A DNA stretch of 64,000 bases from Ostrea edulis. Its lineage: Eukaryota. Of this stretch, positions 24,758-36,702 are shown one piece after another. The DNA lies in NCBI RefSeq assembly GCF_947568905.1, contig NC_079165.1, positions 67,766,001 through 67,830,000 of the forward strand. The letters are read 5' to 3'. The first letter of the stretch is position 1. Each line of letters begins with the position of its first letter. The notes beneath the pieces are model-generated. The model was not told the origin of the DNA. It did not search any database and saw only the letters and a program-made list of their open reading frames with translations. Position numbers and translations under genes: made by a program.

Positions 24758-24961
24758 TTGAAATATCAAATCCATTCGATCTACGCTTTGGAAACATAGA
24801 ATGGAAACCCTATGATTCATTTCCCTTCCAACATTTATTTTTCAATAATAGTTAAGTGTGTTATATCCTGATGGAACGTTAGTGAATGCGGAAGATTCAC
24901 GTTTTTAATAAACAGGAAACAAATTATACAATAGATTCAGTCAACCATTTTACGTATTGAT

Positions 24962-25141
24962 CATTTGATCAAGATATAGGGCTCACGGCGGGTGTGACCG
25001 GTCGACAGGGGGTGCTTAGGCCTTCTAGACACTTGATCCCACCTCTGGTATATCCAGGGGTCCATGTTTGCCCAACTTTCTATTTTGTATTGCTTATAGG
25101 AGTTATGAGATTGATCACTGTTCGTTATCTTCACCTTTCAT
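24962..25141 (+). mobile_element. PLE 3' tail fragment
   Basis: Conserved tail sequence. Confidence 0.8.
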
Positions 25142-27052
25142 ATACGACTAAGTAAGTAATTCATTTCCAATTTTGGGCCCAGAGGGCATACAAAGATACA
25201 CTGTAACGGTATCGATAACGGGGAGGCATTAAAAGATTATTTTTCCTTCTCTTCTCCGATTACCTAAATCATCCGCTGATATATCCAATTCAAGACAGAA
25301 AATCAATAAACATTAAACAATTCATGAAAGTATAACCAAAAAATGCAAATAGATTTCAACATACATTCATACCATCACATCCATACTACGATCATAACGT
25401 ACAAAACTATTCTAAGTTAAACCTATCTAGACAGTCGATTAAAAATTGGAACTAAAGTACTCAGGCGCTATTAATCCAAAACAGACTTCTGAAACCCGTC
25501 ACAACCCATTTACAATAAAATTAAATTATATGAAGCAAGTCTTAGTTATTTGTAACTTCCGACTTGTAAACTTAACGGCAAGTTGTTCTGTTTTAACAGT
25601 TATAGCTTGTTGATAATACCATAATGTCTACGAAAATTATGAAAGTACTCAATTCTATACAAAAACAATATTTCAATGTAAATTATTATCTAAAAGATCT
25701 TAATATTGAATGAAATAAAAACAGGCCTTTCGATGAATTGATCATATTTCGGCCAAAAAGAGAGAAAGAGTACAAATGTATAGCATGGCTAATTTGTTTC
25801 TATAAAAATAAATTGAAAGAAAATAAAATAAATAGATAAAGAACTTGATTAGAATAATGAAGGAAAGAACTCTATTTCATAGAAATTTATGAGTTCTTGA
25901 TCATGATAGAACTGCAACAATAATTATTGCATAATTGTTCATTCACGATCACCTATGAAATAAAAATGTAAATAATAAACTTGAATAAATAAATGGATAG
26001 ACAAAATAAAAATAAAATTAAAAAATAAATAAGTGCCTTACAAAACGTAAACCTACCAAGTCAAAATCTAATCAAACGACTGTGTCTAAAATACGCGCGT
26101 TTTAACTTTTTATACTAAAACATGATGTAGCGTAACAGAAAAGAAAGAATTTTAACAGATAATAACAGATTTGTGCGTTACGTTATCTGATTGGATTATC
26201 GATTAATCAGACAAACTACCCGGCGTTCTGATTGAGTAAGAAGAATTATCACGCCTCAGTCTAATGCAAACGTAGCCGATAAATGATAGAAAAATTATAT
26301 TACAATAATAAATCTCTGCAGTGCATTTCTCACATATCAAATCTTTTCATTGTATCCAAATTAAATCAAAATACAAATTAACAATTCTGTTTCATCATAT
26401 AAACGCGGATTCAATTTATACCGCCTTCATAACTTTGATATAAATTTATCGGCTATTTTATAACAACCGGAAGTAATAATGTCAACCCGAAAGCAAACAC
26501 ATGTGAACAGTGACGTTACTCGACATGCACCCAGCTCTGTCAAAATGATGCAAGTATTCAAGTGGATCAAATTGCCATCTTCTTTAGGAAACAGTGTGCG
26601 CTGAAGTTGAGAGAAAGAGGCATTGGTTTTGATGATTGCCCAAAATTCCAAGAGATAAATGTATTCATTGAAAGTCGATTTGTATGCAGAAACGGTAATA
26701 TGGAAAGTTGACTTTTATAAAAATTTGGAGAAAGCAAGTACTTTGTTTGACGGATTAGGGATTTTCTCTTCTAGAACTGGAATTTACAAAACCTAAATAG
26801 TTTGTGTACAAAGAAAACTTAAAGACCAATTTATGAATTACAAATATTCATCGCTATTTGAAAGAAAGCTATTATACACTAAGTTATATAAGATGTAAAT
26901 CAAATAGGTGACAGTTTCAGATAATACAATCACAAGATTGATCTTGTTTTAATCGTTGAAAGTTACGTTTAACCCGTTTTATTACATGCTGATTCACATT
27001 TTTTTTTACAAGTATGTGTTATATAAGATTAAAAACAAAATATGAACGGTCT

Positions 27053-29735
27053 CTATTGATGGACAACTTCAAGATATGTGTCCCTTTGGCCGGTTAGCTC
27101 GCTTTGACAGATCGATGGACTTTCCATATCAAAGGTCTGACACTCGGTTCGACTTTCGCTTTCTGACATCCCTTTTGGTGGCGAACCTATCACGTCTATA
27201 TATGTGTTTAGCATACATACTGGTTTCAGGTAAGAACTATCCGGGGATTCATTAAGTTTATCGGTCACAACATCCAGATAATCTGAACGTCTATCTTCCG
27301 AACTCTCATCTTCTTGTCTAACACTAGATTCTTCTGATTTTGTTCCAATGACTCGATTCCTTAATTTTGGAAGCATTGGTTTTGTGACATCACATATTTC
27401 AATTTTCGAATCATCTTCGTTTGTTTTTTGTTGTTTTATTGAAGGTTGTGACTCAAATTTCTCGTATCTTGAACTATTTCCCAGCATGCCAGACTCGTTG
27501 ATTTCTACATATGCCTCTTCCTCTGCTTCATTTGTAGCCACGGGGTCAGATATTTGTCTTGTAGAAATGATGTTCATGTGCTTTTTCAGTTTTCCGTGAA
27601 TCTGGTTAATTATTATTATGATCAAAAATAAAGATAAAACAGATCCTGTGATTATGATGACCTGCAAAGTTTGTGAGTTACCTCCAGAAGCTGACGTAGG
27701 AGTCACAGAATATGTTTCCTTGGATACCACTGCTAAGGTAGGAATGATATCCATAGAAACAGGATATGCTTTGTCTACTTTTGAATTGTTACGATTTCTC
27801 GTTGATTTTCTTTCCACTTTCATTGAATTTTGAATTGACTTCATGCCGTTTCCTGCTTTGATACTTGTAGAAGGAGTGGACACTGTTATGAATTTAGAAT
27901 TGTTATCATTTTTACATGCTTTATATAAATGTATGAAATTAGAATTGTTCTCCTTGTATAATCCATTCAATCATTCATCATATACACCGATTCGTTGATA
28001 CTTAGATGAAATCAACATTTAGTAAATGCATTTAAAATTTATATATGCTACATACACCTTTCTGTACACTTAACGGTATTCATTCTGATTCATCCTGAGA
28101 TTGATCACGGTTCGTTATCTTCGCCTTTTTTCTAACTTACAGTTATTCTTATACCCACTTTCCATACTTACTGGTAGTTCGTTCAGCACACCCTTGGAAC
28201 ACTTACCGGTAGTTAATCGGATATACCTTTTATACACCTACCGACAATTCTTCTGATACACAGTTTGTACGCTTTGTGGTAGTTATCATGACACATCATT
28301 AGAACACATACCCTTACGTATTCATTCTCATAAACTCTTACCTGTAGTTGTATCGATAGTCTTTTTATCGTTTACCTTTCGTTAACATGATACTCTCCCT
28401 TTGTATGCTTACCTGTATCAGTTGTTATTCTAATATATATTTAGCATACCTACCATTGTTATGCTGTTATGTTTACACGCTTACTAGCAATTTTTTTAAT
28501 ATCTAAACTTTGTACACTTACCGGTAGATATCCTAACACATCCTTTGTACACTTACCGATAGATATCATAACATAACCTTTGTACACTTACCGGTAGATA
28601 TCCTAACACAACCTTTGTACATTTACCGGTAGATATCCTAACACAAACTTTGTACATTTACCGGTAGATATCCTAACACATCCTTTGTACACTTACCGGT
28701 AGATATCCTAACATATCCTTTGTACACTCACAGGCATTCTTCTGTTTCCTTCTTTGTAACTTTCCAGTGGTTAGTCTGTTTCACCCTTTGTACCTTCACC
28801 TGAAGTGTTTTCCTAAACCTTCGTATTCTTACCGGTATCGATTCTGACACATCCTTTATAGGGATTGCACTCCTCATCCGGACTACATGTACACCGGTGC
28901 CCACAGTCCTTCCCGTAGAACGGAGGTGAACAGGTTATGGAACAGTTATCTCCATATGAACCCGCAGGACAGGCTAAATACAAACAATAATAAATATAAC
29001 ACTCTCAGTGTTGTTCTTAATGTTGTCTTAGGTACAATGTACGTAACGCATTATTATATGCAACGGTTTGTTTCATGTGGAAAAAAAATCCAAGCTAGAG
29101 CAAACTCCTGAATCAATTAATTATATGCGTTTGTACGTATATAATACTCTTTCGATCAGGCTATTGGTAAATTATAGAATGACTTACGAATGCATTTCCC
29201 ATTGTCATGGTAAAAATTCGTACAGCACTCGCCTCTGGAAAAATATTTTATAATGAAATTTTATCTTGCAATAAATCTATCACGAACAACTAGACAATGG
29301 CATTTTGAATACGTTTCCCAAGAGCGAAATTTAGACATGCTATCGTAATGGTATAAATTCATTACATATCCAGAAAAAATATTACACTTGTAAATACATA
29401 CATATAGAAATAGCTCCATGCTATAAATTCATGTCATTCACAAAATATCATTTAATGTCCCATCCAATATAACATAAATCATTTGCTTTTCCGTTACGTT
29501 GATACATTTGCCGCCTTTGCCTCTACTATAAAAACACCCTAATAGCAGGTCTCCACCTCTGCCGTAATTTGAAATATTAATATTCTATATATCCCTTAAG
29601 TTCGATATTTATCTGGGTATACACTTGTTCTACGTACCTATCGTTAACACAGCCTTTAGTTGTTTCTGCATTGAGTGATAAAACCAATAAGGCTAATCCT
29701 ATGTTTTGCCCTCTCCATGAATTAAAAATCCTCAT
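27053..29735 (-). CDS. Gene C: small CED-1/MEGF10/Nimrod-like type-I membrane receptor, 371 aa; join(29638..29735,29188..29234,28833..28973,27053..27882)
   Basis: All GT-AG and in frame. MRIFNSWRGQNIGLALLVLSLNAE; GECCTNFYHDNGKCI; CPAGSYGDNCSITCSPPFYGKDCGHRCTCSPDEECNPYKGCV; TM identical to gene A; six Tyr conserved. Confidence 0.88.
28505..28730. repeat. 35-bp tandem array in intron 3 of gene C
   Basis: Unit ttgtacacttaccggtagatatcctaacacatcct; period checked (28511 to 28546); about 6 units plus degenerate copies to the left. Confidence 0.92.
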
Positions 29736-30194
29736 TTGAAATATTGAGTCCATTCCATCTATGTTTTCTAAGTTTTAACTGGAAGCATTTTGATCAAATT
29801 CCCTTACAACATCTATTTTTATTTATGATAATCAAGTGTGTTATAAATGTATCCTGATAGAATGTTAGAAAACGCGGAAACTCCATTGGCTGTGACGCAG
29901 TTTTCAAACACAGGAAACAATTTGTACATTGGAACCGGTCAGACTCTTTACATAATGATCATTTATAAACGAGCAAATGTGACAACATGCATATCTGAAA
30001 ACAAATTGAATTTTCTTCCAAACTGATACCAGTCTATTCGTAGTCACTGGTGTCTGAATACATATGGTTGAGAATAATCACTAGTTTTGGCCATCATAAA
30101 AAATGATAAGAATGTCCTTATTTATGACTTTGTTCACAGTATATTTATGTTCCATTAACCATAATTTGTTTTGCTTATCCAACCTAATTACTGT

Positions 30195-30456
30195 CCCGTG
30201 GGTATCCGGGTTAGAATATATCTTTAGTATAACCCTTGCTTGTCGTAAGAGGCGACTAAATGGGGCGGTCCTTCGGATGAAATCGCAAATACCGAGACCC
30301 CGTGTAACAGCAGGTGTGGCACGATGACGATCCCTACTCAACGGTCAAAAGTGCGCAGTATAGGCCTAAATTGTGCAACCCTTCACCAGCAATGGTGACG
30401 TCTCCATATGACTAAAGAATCTCAAGAGGGACGTTAAACAATATTCAACCAACCAA
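30195..30456 (+). mobile_element. SINE-like family 2, full length
   Basis: Head cccgtgggtatccgggttagaata; tail gggacgttaaacaatattcaaccaacc. Confidence 0.78.
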
Positions 30457-30868
30457 CTTACTAATAATATAGACTATAATTTCAGTCAGAACTAAGGCAA
30501 AAGATAGACCTATTTCCCCGAAGTCCTTAATCATAGATAAAGCCTGAAATTTTCGACCATACATGACGAGTTGGCCTTTGGCTTCGATATTTTCTAAACT
30601 GTTTTCCAACATATAGCCAGAAACTAAGTTGTAAGTAATTCTCTCTTGCAATAAAACATAATCAAGTGGTTGGAAATAAAGTTTTTAGACATTGTAATTA
30701 ATCTTTTTTATCGTTGTCATTTAGTGTTGGTGGAATTGCTAACCGCTTCGTAAAATGTGTTGTGGAGAACTCAACAATCATAGAGTATAAAAATATATCC
30801 CAATTTATCTTCGGACGCAGGTTTGCATAATGATTATTTGTTGATTCCCCTTACTGCCGAAAGTGAAT

Positions 30869-31110
30869 CTCGTGGGGATCCGGGTTAGAATAGGTCTTCA
30901 GTACTCCTTTCTTGTTGTAATAGGCGACTAAATGGGGCGGTCTTCCAAATGAGACCGCAAAACCGAGGCCCCGTGTCACAGCAAGTGTGGCACGATAAAG
31001 AGCTCTTCCTGTTCAAAGGCCTATATTGTGCAGCTCTTCACCGGCAATGGGGACGTCTCCACACGAGGGAAAAATTCTCGAGCGGGACATTTAACTATAT
31101 ATATAACCAA
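30869..31110 (+). mobile_element. SINE-like family 2 with TSD
   Basis: Flanked by ccgaaagtgaat / ccgaaagtggat (12 bp, one mismatch). Confidence 0.8.
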
Positions 31111-31189
31111 CCGAAAGTGGATTCTAAGATTTGTAAAATAAACTTTAAGCAGACTGGGAAGTCAATAAATGTTTCTTTCCAAATTCCTC

Positions 31190-31908
31190 AAATCAGAAGA
31201 AATCCTACATCAAATTATAGTGTTAACGACCGCTTCATATTCCAACGTATTCAGAGAAACCATTGCATCACAATATATTAACGGCAAACTGACAACTCAA
31301 ATGTATGACAAACGGGATGGTTTCAGCTTCTCCATCATCAACTTCCCATATTTATGTAGCAATATTCCATTATCACCTGCATATGGTGTTTATATATCTC
31401 AACTGATTCGATACGCAAGAGCTTGTTCTACGTATGGTCAGTTTTTAAATCGAGGCAGGCTACTGACAAACAAGATGATGGTGTAGGGGTTCCAACAGTC
31501 TCGTTTAAAGTCAGCATTTCGCAAACTCTATGGTAGTTATAACGATCCTTTCATGAAGTATATTGGCGTGAAGTGTCGCAGTTAATACCCTCATTTTCAA
31601 AAATGAAATTTATTAACTATCTAGTTTGCAAATTCAATTTATCATTGGGTCACATGCTGTCTGATGTGTTTCATATCGATTGTTAGGCCGTTCTTGGCAC
31701 ACTGTTTTGAGTACGGATAACTCCGTTTACCTGATCAAGATATAGGGCTCACGACGGGTGTGACCGGTGGACAGGGAATGTTTACTCCTCCTAGGCACCT
31801 GATCCCACCTCTGGTATATCCAGGGGTCCGTGTTTGCCCAACTCTCTATTTTGTATTGCTTATAAGGGTTATGAGATTGATCACTGTTCGTTATCTTCAC
31901 CTTTCATT
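31190..31908 (+). mobile_element. PLE 3' fragment (RT C-terminus plus tail)
   Basis: ORF 31169-31486 KLTTQMYDKRDGFSFSIINFPYLCSNIPLSPAYGVYISQLIRYARACS; ~70-bp foreign insert near 31550-31620. Confidence 0.88.
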
Positions 31909-32189
31909 GCACATCATGATAACATAAAACCATCAGAAAAATAACTTGCAATATAAATATAAAGTGGAAAGAGGCAAAGGCATATATACAGAAAATATAT
32001 ATCATACGTCACTCAAATACAAAAATTGAAAAGAAGAAAATAATAACCATAAAATATTGCTCAACTTTTAATACACAAATGATAAATGCATGTACACGTA
32101 TAATCTAAATCAAGAAAAACAAGCAGTTTCCCAATTAAATTTCATTGATAAGAAAATATTTTTTAGAAACAAAATAAAATATATTACCC

Positions 32190-33108
32190 CAGTGGCGGAT
32201 CTAGACGGAGGGTACGGGTTACAGGAATTGCAACCCCCCCCCCCCCCGTTTAGATTCATTAAAATAAAAGAGAGAGAGAGAGAATGACTATAGCTTATTA
32301 AAATCCTAGGCGATGGAAATTGTTTATACAATTGTGTGTCAATATTTCTATCAGGTGATGAGAATTCAAATTATCTTTTATATACCTCGTATCTGTAATA
32401 TTTCATTTTATTTATTAAAAAAATGAATTACTGGGAGTAAATCGGAATGCATTTTAAAACAGGATTTGTTTTAAAATCAAGAGTGACAGATTTAGTCTGA
32501 TAATTATACAATAACATTAATCCCAATTTGAATTTAGAAATACAAATTGATAGCATTCCTCTTAAGTTGTCGTTTAACTATGTCAACGTACGTTATAACA
32601 ACTTTCATTTCAGTGGCTTATTTAAGGGGGCCCAGCCGGCGCCCCACCCCCCACCCCCACCTAAAATTTTCAAATTTAAGTTAAATCGTGGTATATTGTT
32701 TACACAAATGTAGTAAACGATAAAAGGAGCAGTAATTTCTTCCACTCCCGGAAAAATAAATGACAAAAATTGAAAATCTTTTTGATTTCTTGAATTACTT
32801 CATTGAGAGAACTTAATTTTTTCCAAACACCCTTAAAATTTGCGTCATTTTACTAATTTCAGCCTATTAAGAATGATAGAAAATAGTGAAAATGACTTAA
32901 ATAGGAGACTTTATTTTAAGCCCTATAAAATCTGTAAAATCCAGGAGCTTCCTACCAGGGCTTCGCACTGGACCCACTGGGGGCCTCAAGGTGGTCCCCA
33001 AACCCTCTGCCTCATAAAGTGGCGCCCCCGTAACCGTAATTCCAGGATCCGCTCCTACATTTCCTCTTCACCCCCCCCCCCTTTGAAAAATTTCTAGATC
33101 CGCGCCTG
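32190..33108. mobile_element. Composite/nested MITE (CAGTGGCGGATCTAG...CTAGATCCGCGCCTG)
   Basis: Outer TIR pair; an inner cagtggc.../...ggatccgctcc element from ~32610. Confidence 0.65.
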
Positions 33109-33989
33109 TACCCCAAGAGAACTGCGTACTGGTCATTCGTTAGGATTTGAAACACTAGTGCTGACGACGAACTAGTTACTTCTCTTTGGAACTGTATACT
33201 TACTCCTAGGATATATACAAGCAATCATCCTTACTACTACTGTTGTTATTGTATTGTTGTTGTTGTTGTTATTACCTGAATGTACAGATAAATCTTCAGC
33301 TTGTCCTATAAACCGCCCATTTTTGCCTCGTGGTATCGGATTTTTATATTTGCCGTTGATGTGATTAGCAATCTGCATTAAGTTAGTATAAAGAGCATTA
33401 ACTCTTACGGGGCTAAGTAAGAGCTACAAAACTTCGAAGTGAAATTCATGTTTTACAATGGTAAAAGCGACCCAGCCCTCTTAAGTATCAGAACTTTTCA
33501 ATGAAAACCGATGAAAGTTATATAAAATTAATAACGATAACACATGATCAAAAAATGAAAAGATATTTCCTCCCGATGCGAGATCATTTGTTTGCAAATT
33601 AAGAGAAAAAGCAGTGTGACACTTTAAATCTCACACTTTTATTAATCTAGAGATATTTTTTTATTTCAAAACTAAAGAAATTATGTTCCTTTGTATTATC
33701 CTCGTAGTTCAATCAATTAATGTGATTCGATACCGGTTCAGTAAAGAAACGTAAATCCAATACTCTTATATGCAGGATATGACAAATAATCACACATTTC
33801 TCAATAGTTCTGTGCAACAGTGGAACACACAAAGCTTGATTTTGTCCAATAGAGACCAGAGTAGGATTAAATAAAATCAAAAGTTATGACTGTCGAGAAG
33901 AAATGAAACGTTTTTATCCAATGTCATTAACACCATATTGCAAGGATATGGTCCAAAAATAGTGTAGAACGAGTGAATGATCTTTGGGA

Positions 33990-34115
33990 TTGGTCGACCC
34001 GTGACTTTCACTTCTGATACTGGGCGCTTGGCGAAGGAACAGTTATAACCTTTCTCAGAAGTCTTCACACGGCGATGGGATCAAGATTCGAAGCGAGCGC
34101 AATAGCCTCTACACT
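33990..34115 (-). mobile_element. Degenerate tRNA-SINE-related fragment
   Basis: Core 'actgttccttcgccaagcgcccagtatcagaagtgaaagtcacgggtc' resembles 5700-5760. Confidence 0.5.
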
Positions 34116-34259
34116 AGTACTTTCACTCGTTTGTGTCCACTCATAGGGGAAGTCCGCAGTAAACTGAATTGTATCCACTCATAGGGAAGGTCCGCAGTAG
34201 ATTTCTTTCGACGACTAGAAGCAAAATTTAGACGGCAACATGACGTCCGGGACATCTTT

Positions 34260-35370
34260 TAGCAATGTTCCATTATCACCTACATACGGTGTTCATGTCT
34301 CTCAGCTGATTCGATACGTATGAGCATTTCCAGTGTGAAAGGTGAAGATAACGAACCGTAATCAATCTCATAACTCCCACAAGCATTACAAAATAGATAG
34401 TTGTTCAAACACGGACCCCTGGACACATCAGAGATGGGATCAGATGCCTAGGAGGAGTAAGCATCCCCTGTCGACCGGTCACACCCACTGTGAGTCCTAT
34501 ATCCTGATCAGGTAAACGGAGTCATGCGTAGCTAAAATCAGTGTACCAAGAACGGCTTAACAATCGGTATGAAACACGTCAGACAGCATTTGAACCAATG
34601 ATAGGTTGTATTGACGAACTAAATCGTTATAACGACCAGAGAATTTGCAAAATGCTTACTTCAATCGAGACTGTTGAAACCTCTGTACCATCAACATGTT
34701 TGTCAGTAGCTTGTCTCGATTTAAAAACTGACTATACGCAGAACAAGCTCTTGCGTATCGAATCAGTTGAGAGATATAAACACCATATGCAGGTGATAAT
34801 GGAATATTGCTACATAAATATGGGAAGTTGACGATGGAGAAGCTGAAATCATCCTGTTTGTCATACATTTGAGTTGTCAGTTTGCCCTTAATGTCTACTT
34901 TCAATAAAATATCTAAGTATGAAGAAGTGGACGACTCTGTGGTGTCTTTTATTTTGAGCTCATAGGGATATATCGAATCGACTTATGAATGGAAAGTGTA
35001 TATGATGAATTCTTAACCGAGGCAAGCTATTGACCAAAAAAATTGATGTTACAAGGGTTTGAACAATCTCGTTTGAAGTCAACACTTCGCAAATTCTATG
35101 GTCGTTATACTAATCTAATTCGCAAATACAACCTGTCGTTATGTCGAATGCAGTCTGAAATGTTTCATGTTAGACCGTTCTTTACATATTGAATTTAACT
35201 ATGGATTACTCCCTTTATCTGACCAAGATAGAGGGCTTACGGCGGTTATGTACTGTCAACAGAGGATGCTTAATCCTCCTAGGCACCTGATCCGTGTTAG
35301 CCATAATCTTTATTTTGTATTCTTTACGGGGTTTATGAAAATGATCACTGTTCGTTATCTTCATCTTTTT
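34260..35370. mobile_element. PLE cluster with inversions (+ 34260-34325, - 34336-34975, + ~34995-35370)
   Basis: ORF 34656-34904(-) KLTTQMYDKQDDFSFSIVNFPYLCSNIPLSPAYGVYISQLIRYARAC; flanking fragments in the opposite orientation. Confidence 0.85.
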
Positions 35371-36084
35371 ATGAACGAACTCATTAACTACATTGTAAAC
35401 ATACATGAATTAGGCAGAACGAAAGGTGCTACAAGATAATCCTACAAAAGGAAATGATAATCTAATGGATTGGGAATCAACATTACATTATTACCTAAGC
35501 TTTGTATCACTTGACGTATCTAAAACAATGCTATATATAATGGATTTTATTTGGCACAAAATAGTGTTAATGGTTTAGTAAAACATATATTCACAAAGTC
35601 AAAGTCGGGTTTTGTCAATAAATGGCACTTCTACTAATGAATATATATCTTAATTATGTACATGATTAATATCGTATTCTATATTAGTCGAAATGGGAAT
35701 GTAAAATCAATTTAAGTTATTCATTTAATATATATGCAAATAATTCAATAATAGTAGTAAGCATGCTGCAACAATATCAGTAACGTCTCTTGGTTGTGAT
35801 AGTTTATTCATTAAATGGGATAAAGCTCCACACAAACAAAGTATCACGAAATCAATTTCATTTAAAACAGGAAATCATGGACACTGTGATACCATCTTAT
35901 TCATAGAAGAGAAACCTGTGTACGCTGCCCAATTCTCATCCTTACATGTACTTCAATATTGGATCAAACAAATACAGAAGTTTCACACTAGTATATTCAC
36001 ATTTCCAATGTTTTTACCTTTGTCGAATTGAAATGACAGTCATTTCCTCATGAATGTGGACAATATGCGTATGAATTTTGATGA

Positions 36085-36330
36085 ATGAAAGGTGAAGACA
36101 ACGAAGAGTGATCAATCTCATAACTCCTACAAGCAATACAAAACAGACAGCCGGGCAAACACGCACCCCTGGAAACACCAGAGGTGGGACCAGGTGCCCA
36201 GAGGGAGCAAGCATCCCCTGTCGACCGGTCACACCCGCCGTGAGCCCTATATCCTGTTCAGGTAAACGGAGTTATCCGCAGTCAAAACCACTGTGCCAAG
36301 AACGGCCTAACAATCGCTATGAAACACGTC
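36085..36330 (-). mobile_element. PLE 3' tail fragment
   Basis: Conserved tail sequence. Confidence 0.8.
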
Positions 36331-36702
36331 ATGAATATAGTACGAATATTTTAATGACTGGGAATTCCGACAGAAATGAAAGTGAAATGTAATTATAGAA
36401 AGTAAATTTCGTTTTTGGTATTACATATGGGTATAAACAGCAATGTTTCACACTAGCATACTTCATGAAAAGTATGACGGCGTGAAGAGTCGCAGTTCAT
36501 GTCCTCATGTATTTTGAAAGTCTTACACAAATCACACTACGACTATGCATATGTTTGTCTACACAATCACTAAACTCCACAATGTGGTTATCATACAGAG
36601 TAGTATTCCTTGTTTATGAATATCGATAGCTGAAGAGTAATAATTCTGCGTTGTCAGATCTGATGTCGGTCTGTATGACGGTGAGGGACTTGGAAAGCAT
36701 CC

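Noticed and set aside
27348-27833. Plus-strand ORFs of 83 and 71 aa
   Set aside because: Antisense shadows of gene C exon 4.
33172-33378. 68-aa ORF with PRGKNGRF motif
   Set aside because: Possibly a transposon N-terminus, but too short to assign.
34656-34904. Short ORFs such as MTGRQGMLTPP... and KLTTQMYDK... as host genes
   Set aside because: They are translations of PLE repeat fragments.
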